In this document: positions 34,358 through 37,071 of the stretch, piece after piece
Layout: every line of letters begins with the position of its first letter
Numbering within the stretch: position 1 is the stretch's first letter
DNA from: Klebsormidium nitens
Lineage: Eukaryota; Plantae; Klebsormidiophyceae
DNA: 37,071 nucleotides
Direction of reading: 5' to 3'
Assembly: GCA_000708835.1 (NCBI GenBank)
Contig: DF237003.1
Span: forward strand, 235,009 to 272,079
Notes under the pieces: model-generated
Databases searched by the model: none
Told to the model about the DNA's origin: nothing
What the model saw: only the letters and a program-made list of their open reading frames with translations
Position numbers and translations under genes: made by a program

Positions 34358-35999
34358 GGAGCACGGACACAGGCGTAGAGTCTTTGATATGGGTGTCTTC
34401 ATGCTCAGGTGGAAGGCGGGATCAATCCGGAAGGATGAAGGGACTTGGTAATCTGCTGATGAGGATAGATCTAAATCTTGGGCAGTTTCCAATTATGAGA
34501 CCCATTCATGCAAACACAAGTTTCGCATGGCACACTTTCGCATGGCACATCTTAGTACGTGGTGCCACAATTGCCTCGAGCTTCATGAGTGCAGGCTCAG
34601 GTGCGCATATAAGTTGCGACTCAAGCAGCCGCAGTTACGTTACATGCCTACGGCCTACTTCCATTGCTGCATGATTGCTTGTACCTACGCTTCGACGTAC
34701 TCAATCCATTTCAACGAAGAAACCAGAGACGGAATCCTTCCAATGACCAATGCGAGATCGACAATATGATTCTCGGGCCCCTTATATTCGGGGTCAAGAT
34801 TTTGCTTTCGACGCCGGAAGTTTGTGCTATCGAACAACCCTAAACATCCCGAAAAATCTTCGGCTGTCGCGAGCAAGTGCGCAGCTGCGTTCACCTACCA
34901 TCTCCCCTTGGCAAGCAATGTAACTGCGCATCCGGCCTAAAAGCAGCCTCAGCTCAGGTCCAAGTGCGAGCTAAAAAGCTCGGAGCCTCCAGATTCTATA
35001 GATAAGCAGTAGGCCGGGCGCATTCTCCCTCTATCTAATGACTGGTTCTTCGTTCAGACTCATACCGACGGTCGGATGCAACAATTCGAAATCGAAGATC
35101 GCGGTGTTTCGATAGCAGAGAAACGTTGTAAACATTTTGACCCCGGATTTAAGGGGTCCGATCGAGATTAGCTACAGGCATGCTTTGCATACATGACCGT
35201 ACGATGATCATGAATTCTGGACTGTGGACTTTCAAGTTTGATCTCCTGAGTGAGAATTCAAAGCACTATGTATAACCGAAGTACGCACTTAATGATGTAC
35301 CAACACGCGGTACCCACGACGATGTTCTCCGCGGAACACTGCCGCACAGTCTCAAATCCCCGTACACACAATGGAAATTTAACGCTTGCAATGATGCATG
35401 CAGTCACATTGATATGGAGAGTGCAAGCGAATTTGGAAGTCTTGGTTCATTCTTTTGCACAAGTTCCGACCCCATGTGCAGCGAAATGTTTTAACCTTGC
35501 TTTTGTATAATATGGCAAGAAAAATTGGAAGATGATTTTACGCAGTTTTGTTCGTCCAAAGAAGCTCTTTGCGAACGCCATTATAGTTCCAATATTGCCT
35601 GTGCAATCTTTGAACTTCGGTTTAAGTCACATATGTACAGTTGTATCCGGGAACTCAACCACGTCCGCGCATCTAAAACCCGACCCGGATTTTTGCACTT
35701 GGAAGGTTCTTGCTCTTTGACCAGACAATATTGTTGGATCGACGAAGCTAAAGTTGCACGAGGTGTGCACTCTTACAGCTGCTCTCTCTTGCAACGTGGG
35801 TCGTAATGTAAACCTAGATCTAAGCTGCGTGGAAACCAAAAGGGGCCAGCCAGGTAAACAGTGTATGATACTGCAGACCTTACACACTTCCCGCACTTTT
35901 AAGGCAGTCCTAAAGTGGCCAATGTACTCCTGCAAGATCGAGACGTGACTCCTAGTAACATCTGCTATACACGGACGTGCTATACATGAACGCGGTTGT

Positions 36000-36442
36000 T
36001 CAAGGGTCTGCCTCTGAATCCGACCCGTCCCCAAAATCCTCTCCGGCCGCTTCGTCCTCATCTGCTGCTTCCTCTGCGACCCACTCCCGCATCGCAATGA
36101 GATCCGCTGCCCCTCCTGCGGCCACAAAAACCTGGAGCCGACGTCCCCGCGGCGCGCCGAGTCTGGGGGACCGCTCCGGCGTGGACGTCCGAACTTGGAA
36201 CTGGAGCTGAAGTATGTTGTAATCCACCAGGGAGCGTATAGCTGCTGGGCCGTCCTTGCCCAGCTTCTTGTGGAGGACCCGTCTGGACACAGAACCCCCC
36301 GGGGAGTCCACGAGCAGTCGGACGATCGTTTCGTACTGCTCCGTGCTCCAGGCAGGAGCGGCCTTTCCAGTACGTGCAGCAGCAGCAGGCGCCAAACCGC
36401 GATCCAGGGCTTCCTCGGCAGCGCCGACGAGTTGCTCGAGGG
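36000..36442 (-). CDS. Last exon of a gene entering from the right edge; possibly the C-terminal helical/winged-helix region of an AAA+/P-loop ATPase-like protein, with an acidic tail
   Basis: Strong acceptor ctgacgcttgcctcttttgcag at 36443 and GC3-rich codons. Translation LEQLVGAAEEALDRG...GGSVSRRVLHKKLGKDGPAAIRSLVDYNILQL...AADLIAMREWVAEEAADEDEAAGEDFGDGSDSEADP*. The family call rests on recalled resemblance only. Confidence 0.5.
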
Positions 36443-37071
36443 CTGCAAAAGAGGCAAGCGTCAGTTGCCATGTAACAAATGTACCCCTTGTGCACACCGC
36501 GAGATGCTTCGCTTGTCGACTTGATAGCATGCGGATGCCTTGACAGCTCATGTATGCTTCAGGGGGAGGGGGACGAGGATGTCAGCACGTTTCAAGGATA
36601 TTAGAGTGGGCGTCACAATCACAATTGCAGAGCCCATCGGATGGCTCGAAAAGAGGTTCTGTGAGGCTGTGAGGAAAACCCCTCTCAATCCAAACGTTAT
36701 GCACACTGACGTTCTTTATCCGAAACCTCAGATAAAAATCTTCAAAAGGGACAGCACCACAGACATGCTCTTTAAGGTCTGAGCAATCCAGTACATTTGA
36801 ATATTAACAGACTGCTTCGCGGTCCTCGAAGCAACCATTCCAAACTCAAACTTTTGCTCTAAAAGTTCTCCTGTTGTTTTTGATGAGGCGCCAAGGACAG
36901 TCCATGTTTTCCTCAATTTAGTTTCTGAAAAAGACCCGTCATATTCGAAGACAGCGTGCATGGCATCACAGGACTGTCAGCTCTCAAGAAGAAGGGACAG
37001 AGTATGGAAGTGTGACGATTACAGCTGACCGATCCCGGTCTACTTCTCGTCAGGTTCTCGTTAACGGTCAT

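Noticed and set aside
35627-36457. 276-aa plus-strand ORF
   Set aside because: It is the antisense shadow of the GC-rich minus-strand exon, with no recognisable domain or splice context.
36728-36961. 77-aa minus-strand ORF as the preceding exon of the right-edge gene
   Set aside because: There is no convincing donor/acceptor pair in the required phase and the composition is intron-like.

Overview
Intron-rich eukaryotic DNA (about 50% GC, GT-AG introns, CTRAC branch points). It is probably from a flagellated green or streptophyte alga such as Klebsormidium; this is inferred from the gene content and is not proven. Splicing ORF fragments by hand gives five complete multi-exon genes: an RSG1/CPLANE2-like small GTPase (+, 431-3546), a single-EGF type I membrane protein (+, 5144-8636), kinetochore NUF2 (-, 10875-17497), a three-EGF type I membrane protein (+, 18828-21846) and mitochondrial ribosomal protein DAP3/mS29 (+, 25010-34357). 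There is also a 53-aa two-TM microprotein missed by the ORF track (-, 23539-23700) and the last exon of a gene entering from the right edge (-, 36000-36442). A roughly 420-bp MITE family occupies three intergenic spacers, and a 560-N assembly gap lies at 23949-24508. The most unusual structure is three independent triplications spanning 3' splice sites (two in NUF2, one in DAP3), where only the most downstream copy gives the intact frame. No prokaryotic features, CRISPR arrays, rRNA or tRNA genes were recognised.
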